DNA of 64,000 nucleotides from Candidatus Omnitrophota bacterium (GTDB taxonomy: Bacteria > Omnitrophota > Gorgyraeia > Zapsychrales > JANLHA01). How positions within the stretch are numbered: the stretch's first letter is position 1; each line of letters begins with the position of its first letter. The position numbers and the translations under genes were made by a program. The stretch spans positions 346,890 through 410,889 of the forward strand of contig JACKFJ010000001.1 in the NCBI GenBank assembly GCA_020632535.1. The letters are read 5' to 3'. Of the stretch, positions 30,405 to 39,160 are shown one piece after another. The notes under the pieces were generated by a model. It saw only the letters and a list, made by a program, of their open reading frames with translations, did no database searches and was not told where the DNA came from.

Positions 30405-31928
30405 ATGAATACATTTGCAATTCTTCAAGAAAATGCCGCAAAGTATGGAAATAAGCCAGCTCTTATTTTTCATGATCATATTGTGACGTTTGCTGATCTT
30501 CCGGCTAAGGTTTTTCGCTTGGCGAATGCTTTGCAGAAGGCGGGATTGCAAAAAGGCGACCGTCTTGGGATTTGTCTTGCGAATGGCCCTGAATTTGTTT
30601 ATGCGTATTTAGCGGGCTTTATTTGTGGCGCGGTGGTTGTTCCGCTTGACTTTATGCTTAAAAGTGATGAGATTTCTTCATGTTTAACGCACTCGGAAGC
30701 AAAAATTTTTATTGCTGCTGATCGTCCTGATCTTAATCTTTCTGTTATTCGTGACACAATTCCAACTCTCAGAGAAACGATTGTTTTTAATCGTGAAAAA
30801 GGCGCGGCCAATCCATTTCAACAATGTCTCGACGCCTCTTTTGAATCACCATTAAAAGTTGAAGTCAATGACACTGATCCTGCTTTAATTATGTATACAT
30901 CGGGAACAACTGGAAGCCCCAAGGGGATTTTGCTTAACTATCAGCATCTAAAGGGTTCGCCGGAAGCGATGAAGTACTTTGTCGATTTAACGGATAAAGA
31001 CATTAAGCTTGCCGCGATTCCCTTTAGTCATGTTGCTGGGTTTATTTATATTCAAAACTGCATCATTTTTGGTATTACGCTCGTGATTATGGACCGTTTT
31101 AACCCGTATGAATTTTTGCGGCTTGTTCAGGAGCATAAGGTGAGCTGTTTTCACATTGTTCCGGCGATGTATACAGCACTTTTGTCGTTAAAACAGATTG
31201 AAAAATTTGATTTGTCATCATTGCGATGGGTTGTGGTTTTTGGCGCTCCAAGCTCGCCTGAAATTATGGAGCGTTTTCATAAATATTGTCCTAACGCGCA
31301 ATTGCTTAATGGTTGGGGCATGACCGAAACTTGTCCGCCTAACACGGTGACACCTTTAGGCAGTCGCAATATCGCCAGCGTCGGCAAACCTTCACCATTA
31401 TCTGAAATCAAGATTGTTGATGAAGAGGATCGTGAAGTTGCCGTGGGGAAAATCGGTGAGATTTTGATACGTGGCTGGATTGTGATGAAGGAATATTATA
31501 AAGATCCCGAAAGCACTGCGCAGATGAAGCGCAATGGGTGGCTTTATACGGGTGATATTGGTCGTAAAGATGAGGAAGGGTTCATTTATATCGTCGGACG
31601 TAAAAAAGAAATGATCAAAGTCGCGGGGCAAATTGTTTACGCGCCAGAAGTTGAGTCTGCTTTTTACAAGCATGAATCTGTTCTTGAAGCCGCAGTTATT
31701 GGTGTGGCTGATGATATGCGCGGGGAGGTCGTTAAAGCTTTTATTGTTCTAAAGCAAGGACAGCACGTCTCTCCGGAAGATTTGCGCTATTTTGCTCGTG
31801 AGCATTTGGCGAATTTTAAAGTTCCACAAACGATCGAAATACGCGGTCAATTGCCTAAGAATCGTACGGGGAAAATTGATAAAGAAATTTTAAAATGCGA
31901 AAGGAAAAGCGATGCAAAATATGCGTAA
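30405..31928 (+). CDS. acyl-CoA synthetase / AMP-dependent ligase (ANL superfamily)
   Basis: MYTSGTTGSPKG (A3), GWGMTE, YTGDIGRKDEEGFIYIVGRKKEMIK and PKNRTGKI (A10 Lys). Confidence 0.85.
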   Translation: MNTFAILQENAAKYGNKPALIFHDHIVTFADLPAKVFRLANALQKAGLQKGDRLGICLANGPEFVYAYLAGFICGAVVVPLDFMLKSDEISSCLTHSEAKIFIAADRPDLNLSVIRDTIPTLRETIVFNREKGAANPFQQCLDASFESPLKVEVNDTDPALIMYTSGTTGSPKGILLNYQHLKGSPEAMKYFVDLTDKDIKLAAIPFSHVAGFIYIQNCIIFGITLVIMDRFNPYEFLRLVQEHKVSCFHIVPAMYTALLSLKQIEKFDLSSLRWVVVFGAPSSPEIMERFHKYCPNAQLLNGWGMTETCPPNTVTPLGSRNIASVGKPSPLSEIKIVDEEDREVAVGKIGEILIRGWIVMKEYYKDPESTAQMKRNGWLYTGDIGRKDEEGFIYIVGRKKEMIKVAGQIVYAPEVESAFYKHESVLEAAVIGVADDMRGEVVKAFIVLKQGQHVSPEDLRYFAREHLANFKVPQTIEIRGQLPKNRTGKIDKEILKCERKSDAKYA

Positions 31929-32676
31929 AGAAATACATATGACAGGTCAAGATTTGATGGGTATGGTGCAATTGCGGCCGGAAGATTTGGGTGGGTATGC
32001 CTTAGTGCCGGGTCCCAAGGAACGCCTTGACGCGATTGTTAAGAAATTAGCAAATCCGGTTAAGAATTTTTCGTTTATGGAATACAACATGTTTACCGGT
32101 GATTATAATGGCACAAAAGTTACCGCGATTAATGGGGGACGTTTTGCGGCGGATACTGGGATCACGACGGAAATCCTTTGCAACGCGCAGGCAAAAGTTA
32201 TGATTCGCTTAGGTAGTTGCGGGGCTTTGCGCGAAGACATTAAGGTCGGAGATTTGATCGTTGTTGAAAGCACATTTAGCGGTGAGGGGGTAACGCCGTA
32301 TTATGTCGATAAAAATTTTAAAACCGTATCCGATAAGAAATTATCTGACGATCTTGTCGGCATCGCTCGAAAATCTGGCAATACTGTTCACGTCGGAAAA
32401 TGCTGGTCAACCGACGCAATTTTGAGGGAAACCCGTGAGAATGTCGGTAAAGCTGTGGCGGAAGGCGCGATTGCGGTTGATATGGTCAGTTCAGTTTTTT
32501 TAACGATTTGCCAACTTTATAAAATACCTGCCGCAGTTATTTTGGCGGTCAGTGATAATGTAATTACGGGTGAAATGGGATTTTTAAACACGGATTATTA
32601 TATGGCAGAAGGAACGATGATCAATGTCGTCTTTGACTTGATTAAACAACGGGAAGCGGCAAAAACGGGAGTTTAG
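31912..32676 (+). CDS. nucleoside phosphorylase, PNP_UDP_1 (hexameric NP-I) family; substrate unknown
   Basis: ALVPGPKERLDAI, FTGDYNGTKVTAINGG, VMIRLGSCGAL, VGDLIV and AIAVDMVSS are collinear with DeoD/Udp/MTA-phosphorylase-type enzymes. Alternative starts at 31921 and 31939. Confidence 0.75.
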   Translation: MQNMRKEIHMTGQDLMGMVQLRPEDLGGYALVPGPKERLDAIVKKLANPVKNFSFMEYNMFTGDYNGTKVTAINGGRFAADTGITTEILCNAQAKVMIRLGSCGALREDIKVGDLIVVESTFSGEGVTPYYVDKNFKTVSDKKLSDDLVGIARKSGNTVHVGKCWSTDAILRETRENVGKAVAEGAIAVDMVSSVFLTICQLYKIPAAVILAVSDNVITGEMGFLNTDYYMAEGTMINVVFDLIKQREAAKTGV

Positions 32677-32679
32677 GTT

Positions 32680-33651
32680 TTGAAAAAAGAGTCACCATTG
32701 TTTTGGCCAGCATATTTAAAGGGCGATATTCTTTTTGTCCTCGATGAGACGCTTGTCCCGAAGCAGTTAAAATACGTCAAGGTCAGGAATATCGACGAAG
32801 CGGTCGCGGTTATTTGTGAAATGAAGACGCGCGCTTTTGGACAGTTTCTTGTTGTTTTGAGTACTTTTCTTTTAGAGTTTAATCGTCAGCCGCAGTTAAA
32901 CGGTGAAGAATTGCTCGAGAAAATCCGCAATGTCGCGCACGCGCTTAATCATAGTCGTCCGACTTTTCCATTTAGTGAAGTCACGAGCGTTGTGGTACAT
33001 TGGGCGCATGGCGCTTTGGATGCAGGGCAGGATGTTCGCGCCATTGTTATAAAAAATGTGAATGGGTATTTGCAGGGGATTCGCCATCGGCGTTTGGATC
33101 GCGTGGCAAAAATTGCGGCAAATATCAAGGATGGTGATAGTGTTTTAACTCATTGTAATGTGAGCGGCGAATTGGCTATGGCCGCCGCGATATGTCGTGA
33201 ACAAAAAAAGGATGTTCAATTTTATTGCACAGAAACCCGTCCTTATTTTCAAGGCGCAAAATTGACATATTGGGAATTAAAGCAAATGGGTGCAGATGTT
33301 ACGCTCGTCGCTGATAATGCGATTGCGACATTGATGGCTGACAAAATGGTCAATAAGGTTATCGTCGGTTCGGATCGCAATTGCGCCAATGGAGACTTTG
33401 CAAATAAAATCGGGACATATCAAATTGCCGTATTGGCAAACGAGTTTAAGGTTCCGATGCTTGTTTTGACGCAACCATCACAAAAAATTAAATCAGGTGC
33501 TGATATTCCCGTTGAGATTCGTGATGAAAGTGAGTTGTTGCAGTTTAATGGTCGCAAAGTTTTTAGCAGTAAGGTCAAAGGACTTTATCCGGGTTTTGAT
33601 GTTGTTCCGCACCATTACGTGAGAAAAGAGATTGCAATCGATGTCCACTGA
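32680..33651 (+). CDS. eIF-2B alpha/beta/delta-like sugar-phosphate isomerase (MtnA / ribose-1,5-bisphosphate isomerase family)
   Basis: VLTHCNVSG, CTETRPYFQGAKLTYWELKQMGADVTLVADNA, VIVGSDRNCANGDFANKIGTYQIA. TTG start. Confidence 0.8.
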   Translation: MKKESPLFWPAYLKGDILFVLDETLVPKQLKYVKVRNIDEAVAVICEMKTRAFGQFLVVLSTFLLEFNRQPQLNGEELLEKIRNVAHALNHSRPTFPFSEVTSVVVHWAHGALDAGQDVRAIVIKNVNGYLQGIRHRRLDRVAKIAANIKDGDSVLTHCNVSGELAMAAAICREQKKDVQFYCTETRPYFQGAKLTYWELKQMGADVTLVADNAIATLMADKMVNKVIVGSDRNCANGDFANKIGTYQIAVLANEFKVPMLVLTQPSQKIKSGADIPVEIRDESELLQFNGRKVFSSKVKGLYPGFDVVPHHYVRKEIAIDVH

Positions 33652-34201
33652 GATTAAAAATGTCACGCTCATTTACGGGGCTTTTAAGGAAGATTTTTTT
33701 ACGGCTTTAAAAAAATGTCAAGTTAAGGATATTGTTGTCCTCGAAGGTCGTCCGACTTTGGAATCGAGTCGCCATGCCGTTTTGAATTTAAAAAAGATTG
33801 GAATTATTCCGACGATTATCGCGGACAATATGGCGGGTTATTTGTTTTCGAAAGGATTGGTTAAAGAAACTTGGTTAGCAAGTCAGGCGGAAGATAAGGC
33901 GGGGGCGATGTGTGAGATTGGGGCTTTGATTTTGGCTGTTTTGGCAAAAAATCATCAAATCCCGGTTTTTACATATGCCGCCGAAAAAAAGCGCAAGCCA
34001 TTGGGCAAGCCGGCCGATTTACAGAAATTTAATGGTCAAAGTGTTGTTACTGGCAAAATCAAAGCGTTCGTACCGTTGATCGAATGGGTTCCGGCAAAAT
34101 ATTTGCGCTCATTGCGAAAAAATGCAGGGCGTAAAGCCATTTCGCCGAGATTGTTGCGTCGTCCGAACGAACTCCTTGCAATAGGAGGTGCAAATGAATA
34201 A
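33641..34201 (+). CDS. short eIF-2B-like paralogue (C-terminal Rossmann-like half only)
   Basis: DIVVLEGRPTLESSRHAVLNLKKIGIIPTIIADNMAGYL ... CEIGALILAVLAKNHQIPVF mirrors the second half of the MtnA family. The N-terminal domain is absent, and both ends overlap the neighbouring genes. Confidence 0.55.
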   Translation: MSTEIKNVTLIYGAFKEDFFTALKKCQVKDIVVLEGRPTLESSRHAVLNLKKIGIIPTIIADNMAGYLFSKGLVKETWLASQAEDKAGAMCEIGALILAVLAKNHQIPVFTYAAEKKRKPLGKPADLQKFNGQSVVTGKIKAFVPLIEWVPAKYLRSLRKNAGRKAISPRLLRRPNELLAIGGANE

Positions 34202-35300
34202 TGACATTATTTTGAGTTTAAAACGAAACATCGAAGCCATTGGACGTTTGCTCTGGGAAAAAGATCTTGTTACAGGTTTGAATGGAAATATCAGCACGCG
34301 TTTGAGTGATGAAAATATTTTAATTACCGCAACCAAAACGTGTTTAGGCCTATTGCAGGAAAATGACATTGTTGAATTAGACTTGGAAGGCAATGTTGTT
34401 GGCGATGGTCAGGCTTCTAGTGAGCGCCTGTTGCATGTCGCAATTTATAAGGCATTTCCAGAAATGAGCGCGGTGGTGCATACGCACACGGCGTATACCA
34501 ATGCTTATTTTCTTGAGAATGACAGTTTGACGCCGCGGATTTTTGAATCCAAATTGTATTTAGGTGATGTCAGCGCGGTCCCGCAATTGACGCCCGCTGT
34601 TTCGGATGTTGGGCCGGTTCTTGAAGCTCTTAAGTCCAACAGTATTGTTGTGTTAAAAAATCATGGTGTTGTCGCGATGGGAAAAGATTTGTTTGATTGT
34701 TTTCTTCTTGTGCAGTGCTTGGAAGAGGCGGTCAAGATTGACGCGATTAGCCGTTTGTATCATCGTTTTACAGATGTCAATGATTTGAAACCTTCTTTGA
34801 AGATCGGGAAACCTGAAGTCGCCAGCAAAAAAGTTGAACCTAAGGTTAAGAAATTGCCAGATTCTTTCTCGCAAGAGGAGCTTGATTCAACTGCAAAGAT
34901 TTCAGAAAGTCCGGTGGTGCCTAAAAAATTTAAACTTTTTTCGGGTGAACAGATTGGTGAAATTGTCCGTTTGGTTAATGCTGATGTGCAAATGCAAGAT
35001 CTCGGCAAGAAGACAAAAATGACGATGTCTTTGGCCGTTAAACTCAATGAGACCGGTGAGGTGTTTTGTTTTCATTTTGAAGATGGGCAGATTATTGAAA
35101 TTGATAAAGACAAAGAGCCCGAATTTTTAATTTCCGCGCCCGAAAATATTTGGCGCGCGGTGTTTAATCGGCAAATTGATCCATTTGTCGCGACAACGCA
35201 AAAGAAAATGCACTTGCAGGGCGATTTCGCTAAGATTTCCAAATGGTATGCGCCGTGCAGTCGTATTTTTGAACTTTGGGCACAGGTTCCAATCGAATAA
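34188..35300 (+). CDS. class II aldolase/adducin-domain protein fused to a C-terminal SCP2-like lipid-binding domain
   Basis: N-terminal part: GLNGNISTRL, ASSERLLHVAIY, AVVHTHT (Zn His ligands), LKNHGVVAMG. C-terminal part: EFLISAPENIWRAVFNRQIDPFVATTQKKMHLQGDFAKISKW resembles the SCP2 C-terminal pattern. Confidence 0.75.
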   Translation: MQMNNDIILSLKRNIEAIGRLLWEKDLVTGLNGNISTRLSDENILITATKTCLGLLQENDIVELDLEGNVVGDGQASSERLLHVAIYKAFPEMSAVVHTHTAYTNAYFLENDSLTPRIFESKLYLGDVSAVPQLTPAVSDVGPVLEALKSNSIVVLKNHGVVAMGKDLFDCFLLVQCLEEAVKIDAISRLYHRFTDVNDLKPSLKIGKPEVASKKVEPKVKKLPDSFSQEELDSTAKISESPVVPKKFKLFSGEQIGEIVRLVNADVQMQDLGKKTKMTMSLAVKLNETGEVFCFHFEDGQIIEIDKDKEPEFLISAPENIWRAVFNRQIDPFVATTQKKMHLQGDFAKISKWYAPCSRIFELWAQVPIE

Positions 35301-36803
35301 ATGACAACGATCAAAACACAAATTCAGGAATTTAAGTTTTCTGTCAACGGCAATTTACGCCATGGCCGTGACGGAAAGTTCTTTGACTGTGTCAATCCTT
35401 CGACGGGTGACGTGTTTGCGAAAGTCGCGGATGCTAGCGTAGAAGACATGAAAGACGCGATCGCCAGCGCGCGTTACGCTTTTGACTGTGGCGAGTGGTC
35501 GGGTTTCAAACCCGAGGACCGTGGAAAATATTTAGCACAATTTGCAAATTTGATCCGGGAGAACGCCAAACTTCTCGCGGAATTAGAAATGCTTTCGACC
35601 GGCAAGACTTTAAAGCACACGACCTTTATCGACGTGCCGACTTGCGCGGATACATTTGAGTATTTTGCTGGTGCCGGTGCTCTTTTAAATGATGTGCCCA
35701 ATCCCGTTTCGGGTCCGGTTAAAAGTGTGACAGCGTATGAGCCGATGGGTGTTGTTGGGAGTATTATTCCGTGGAATTATCCCCTGATTATGCTGGCGTG
35801 GAAAATCGCGCCGGCACTTTTAGCAGGCAATACCGTTGTGTTAAAACCGTCGTCGTTGGCGAGTGTGTCGATCGCAAAATTTGCCGAAATCATTGAGCAA
35901 GCCGGTTTACCCAAGGGCGTTTTAAACATCGTAACAACAAGTCGCCACGAAGTGGCTGAAGTACTCGTGAAAAGTAAAAGTGTTGATATGATTAGTTTTA
36001 CCGGCGGCACCGAGACAGGTAAAGAGATCATGAAAATGTGCAGTGAGACGACAAAAAAACTTTCTTTAGAGCTCGGCGGGAAATCGCCGACAATTATTTT
36101 TGAAGATTGTGACTTAGAAACCGCTGTCGGCGGCACAATGTCCGCGATTTTTATTAATCAAGGACAAATGTGCACGGCGGGTTCACGACTTTTGATTGAT
36201 GAAAAGATTGCCGAGCCATTTTTGCGGCTGCTTGTCGAGAAGACAAAAAGTTTAAAAATCGGCCCCGCGACGAGTTACGAAACGGATTTTGGCCCATTAA
36301 TTAACGTCGCGCATCGCGATAAAGTTTTAGAGTGTATTAAAAAAGGTATCAAAGAAGGCGCGGTGGTTTTGTGCGGCGGTAAAATTCCCGAATCGGAAGA
36401 ATTAAAAAGTGGTGCGTACATTGAACCGACGATTTTAAGCAAAGTCAATAATCAAATGACCGTCGCGCGGGAAGAAATTTTCGGACCGGTTTTGGTGGTC
36501 ATGAAATTTAAGGATGAGGACGAAGCTGTTTTGGTCGCCAATGATTCCTCATACGGTTTGGCGGCGTCAGTATGGAGTAAGGATTTAGTAAAGGCAAATC
36601 GTGTCGCGAAAAAATTGCAGTGCGGCACTGTGTGGATCAATACATACGGCGCATTTTTTAATGAAGCCCCTTTTGGGGGATATAAGCAAAGTGGATTTGG
36701 GCGGCAATTGGGTCTTGAGGGTTTGTTGGCCTACACACAATCCAAACATATCTGCATTGATCAAACTCCGGGAGGTCGTCCGCTTGTTGCGGCATGGTTC
36801 TGA
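35301..36803 (+). CDS. NAD(P)+-dependent aldehyde dehydrogenase
   Basis: PWNYPL, FTGGTETGK, LELGGKSP (catalytic Glu), NQGQMCTAGSR (catalytic Cys) and EEIFGPV. Confidence 0.9.
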   Translation: MTTIKTQIQEFKFSVNGNLRHGRDGKFFDCVNPSTGDVFAKVADASVEDMKDAIASARYAFDCGEWSGFKPEDRGKYLAQFANLIRENAKLLAELEMLSTGKTLKHTTFIDVPTCADTFEYFAGAGALLNDVPNPVSGPVKSVTAYEPMGVVGSIIPWNYPLIMLAWKIAPALLAGNTVVLKPSSLASVSIAKFAEIIEQAGLPKGVLNIVTTSRHEVAEVLVKSKSVDMISFTGGTETGKEIMKMCSETTKKLSLELGGKSPTIIFEDCDLETAVGGTMSAIFINQGQMCTAGSRLLIDEKIAEPFLRLLVEKTKSLKIGPATSYETDFGPLINVAHRDKVLECIKKGIKEGAVVLCGGKIPESEELKSGAYIEPTILSKVNNQMTVAREEIFGPVLVVMKFKDEDEAVLVANDSSYGLAASVWSKDLVKANRVAKKLQCGTVWINTYGAFFNEAPFGGYKQSGFGRQLGLEGLLAYTQSKHICIDQTPGGRPLVAAWF

Positions 36804-36900
36804 CTAAAACATCCTCGGACTATCGCGATTTTTCTTATGACAAAAATCATCAGTTGGTTGAAAAAGTAATTTTAAAAACAGTAAATAAGGAGCAAGCACA

Positions 36901-38388
36901 ATGAAAGTTCTATTTTTAACACCACCGCTAAAAGCTTGGGATTCACATGGAGATCACAAAGCCGCCAATCAAATGCACGCGCAGCTTGCCGCCTATTTAC
37001 GTGAAAAAAAATTAGCTGAGGTTGCTGCTTTGGATTGCCGCGCCTTGGACATGACATGGGAAGACATGATTAAGGAAGTTGCTAAAATCAAGCCGGGTCT
37101 CGTTTTTGTCGGAGAGCTTTTGCATTCGACATGCGGGGCGGCCGTTATTGGTTATTTTAACGATGCTTTAAAGTTAATAAAAGAGTACGACAAAAATATT
37201 AAAACAGTGGCTGGCGGACTTTGGTATTCGGGCGACTATGATCGGCAAATGCGTTTAAATCCGTGGATCGATTATATCATGATCGGTGAAGCCGAATTGA
37301 CATTAGAGGATCTCTTGATCAATTTTCGTGATCAGAAAAAAGATGAAAAGGACATTCCCGGCCTTGTTCATCGCGATGCTCAGGGAACGATCGTAGTTGG
37401 GCCGCATCGGGACATGATTCCTGATCTCAATGTTTTGCCGATGCCAGCTTATGATCTTTTTCCGATGGAAAAATACGTTGGCCATACGTATTGGAAACCA
37501 TTCGCGGAGCTTATGACATCGCGCGGCTGTCCGGGCAAATGCCATTTTTGTTACGAATGGGCTTTGTATGATTCGCGCACGGCCGCAAAAGATTTTACAT
37601 CATGGCGCGGATTAAAAGGTAAGCGCATTGTTGATGAATTAGATCTTCTCGAAAAAACTTACGGTGTGACAACAATCGTCTTTCAAGATGACGCCTTTAA
37701 CACCGACACCGCGGCGATGATTGAGTTCTGCGAAGAAAAATTAAAACGTGGTAATAAAATTGACTGGGTGTGTTTAGGTCGTGCGGATCAATGGATTCTT
37801 CAGCAAGACATTTTGCCACTCATGAAAAAGGCGGGACTATTTCTTGCCTTGACCGGCGTTGAGGTTGAGGACGATTTGAGTTTACACAAAAGTGGAAAAG
37901 GGATAACGATTGCGCAGATTAAAAAAACCGTCGATATCTTGCGACAAAACGATATTGGATCCGTCGGAACAGTTTTGATTGGGCTTAAGGAGGACACCGA
38001 AGCAAAAATTAAAGAGCGTTTGCGAATTGCTGATGAAATTGACCCCGATGTGTTCGCGCTTGATTATTTAACACCAGTTCCTAATTCACCGGACTGGAGA
38101 TACGGGATTAAAAAGGGTTGGTTTGATCCCGAAAAAATTGATCTAAAGACTTGGGATTTTCAACATCCGGTTATCCCGACTGACTTTTTAACAGTTGAAG
38201 AAGTCGGACGTTTAGGGGCGTGGTGTATGCGTGAATATTATTCCAAGCCAGAGAGAATTCATCGCATTTTTTCCAGCAACTATGACGAAAAAGTCAAGTT
38301 ATGCGTTAAGGACTTCATGGCGAATATTGCCAAATGGGAAGCTAACTCGCGCATGCCAGCGACAACAGGCATCGCCGTAAATAAGTAA
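36901..38388 (+). CDS. B12-binding-domain radical SAM enzyme (class B rSAM)
   Basis: N-terminal cobalamin-binding-like domain (MKVLFLTPP...). Radical SAM cluster motif SRGCPGKCHFCYEW (CxxxCxxC). RBS aaggag. Confidence 0.85.
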   Translation: MKVLFLTPPLKAWDSHGDHKAANQMHAQLAAYLREKKLAEVAALDCRALDMTWEDMIKEVAKIKPGLVFVGELLHSTCGAAVIGYFNDALKLIKEYDKNIKTVAGGLWYSGDYDRQMRLNPWIDYIMIGEAELTLEDLLINFRDQKKDEKDIPGLVHRDAQGTIVVGPHRDMIPDLNVLPMPAYDLFPMEKYVGHTYWKPFAELMTSRGCPGKCHFCYEWALYDSRTAAKDFTSWRGLKGKRIVDELDLLEKTYGVTTIVFQDDAFNTDTAAMIEFCEEKLKRGNKIDWVCLGRADQWILQQDILPLMKKAGLFLALTGVEVEDDLSLHKSGKGITIAQIKKTVDILRQNDIGSVGTVLIGLKEDTEAKIKERLRIADEIDPDVFALDYLTPVPNSPDWRYGIKKGWFDPEKIDLKTWDFQHPVIPTDFLTVEEVGRLGAWCMREYYSKPERIHRIFSSNYDEKVKLCVKDFMANIAKWEANSRMPATTGIAVNK

Positions 38389-38398
38389 AGGGAATGTA

Positions 38399-38686
38399 AT
38401 GACAACGACATTTATCAAAATGCATTGGGATCCAAAAACCGAAGAATTGTTTTTGGCCACGATCAAAAAGATTCCGCTTTTTCATCGGGACATCGCCCGC
38501 GAAGTTGTGGAAAAAAAGGCACAGATTAACGCGCAGGCGCGAGGATCGACTTCGGTCGAAGAAAGCGATGTCGTCGATGCGTTTTTCTCGGAAGTTCCCA
38601 AAGCATTCTATAGTTTAATGGTCCGAATTTTAGATGAGGCAGGTTTAGATTATGGCAAGCATATTTCCGCGCAAGGCAAAAAGTAA
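38399..38686 (+). CDS. small PCP_red-like (protochlorophyllide-reductase C-terminal-domain-like) protein
   Basis: W-x5-E-x8-KIPLFHRDIAREVVEKKAQINAQARGSTSVEESDV follows the pattern I recall for PF08369 proteins that accompany BchE-type rSAM enzymes. Confidence 0.45.
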   Translation: MTTTFIKMHWDPKTEELFLATIKKIPLFHRDIAREVVEKKAQINAQARGSTSVEESDVVDAFFSEVPKAFYSLMVRILDEAGLDYGKHISAQGKK

Positions 38687-39143
38687 AGACACGATTCTTC
38701 ACGAGTTTATGTTTTTGGAAGCACCAATTGAGGCTGTTTCCGCAGAACTGATCGCATGGGGCGAATCTACTTGGTGGCCGCAAGATTCATTGTGGAAATA
38801 TATTCGTCAGACCGACGGACCTGTCGCGGTTGGGACGCAATATGTAATTAAGATTAACAAAAAGTCCGCACCGGATTGGGCCGCGGAAGTCACTCAGCTT
38901 TTACCAAATCGTGTGATTGAAAGGACTTTTACCAAGGGTCTTTTTAAAGGTTTTGAACGCATCATGATGGAAGAGCGCGCCAACGGAACGCGTGTTGATT
39001 ATGAATTGCATTTTCAAATTCGCGGTCCGTTAAATCTGATTCTTTGGCCTTTGGTTTTGCGAAAGCAGTATGTCTCAACGATTAAGACAACACTTGACGC
39101 GTTGCGAAATTTTTTAATTGCGGAAGCCAAAAAGCATTTGTAA
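38652..39143 (+). CDS. SRPBCC/START-fold protein (polyketide_cyc2-like); start uncertain (alternative ATG 38709)
   Basis: About 150 aa in the alpha/beta pattern of the SRPBCC superfamily (IEAPIEAV...W...TQYVIKI...RVIERT...VDYELHF). Start 38652 overlaps the upstream gene by 35 nt. Confidence 0.55.
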   Translation: MASIFPRKAKSKDTILHEFMFLEAPIEAVSAELIAWGESTWWPQDSLWKYIRQTDGPVAVGTQYVIKINKKSAPDWAAEVTQLLPNRVIERTFTKGLFKGFERIMMEERANGTRVDYELHFQIRGPLNLILWPLVLRKQYVSTIKTTLDALRNFLIAEAKKHL

Positions 39144-39160
39144 AGTTGGAGTCATTCAAA

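Noticed and set aside
31912-36803. Archaeal-type AMP salvage (AMP phosphorylase, R15P isomerase, RuBisCO) as the explanation for the phosphorylase/isomerase pair
   Set aside because: No RuBisCO-like gene is present. The phosphorylase is the hexameric NP-I type rather than the DeoA/thymidine-phosphorylase type. The next genes are an aldolase and an ALDH, which fit the DHAP-shunt logic better. This alternative is kept within the finding.
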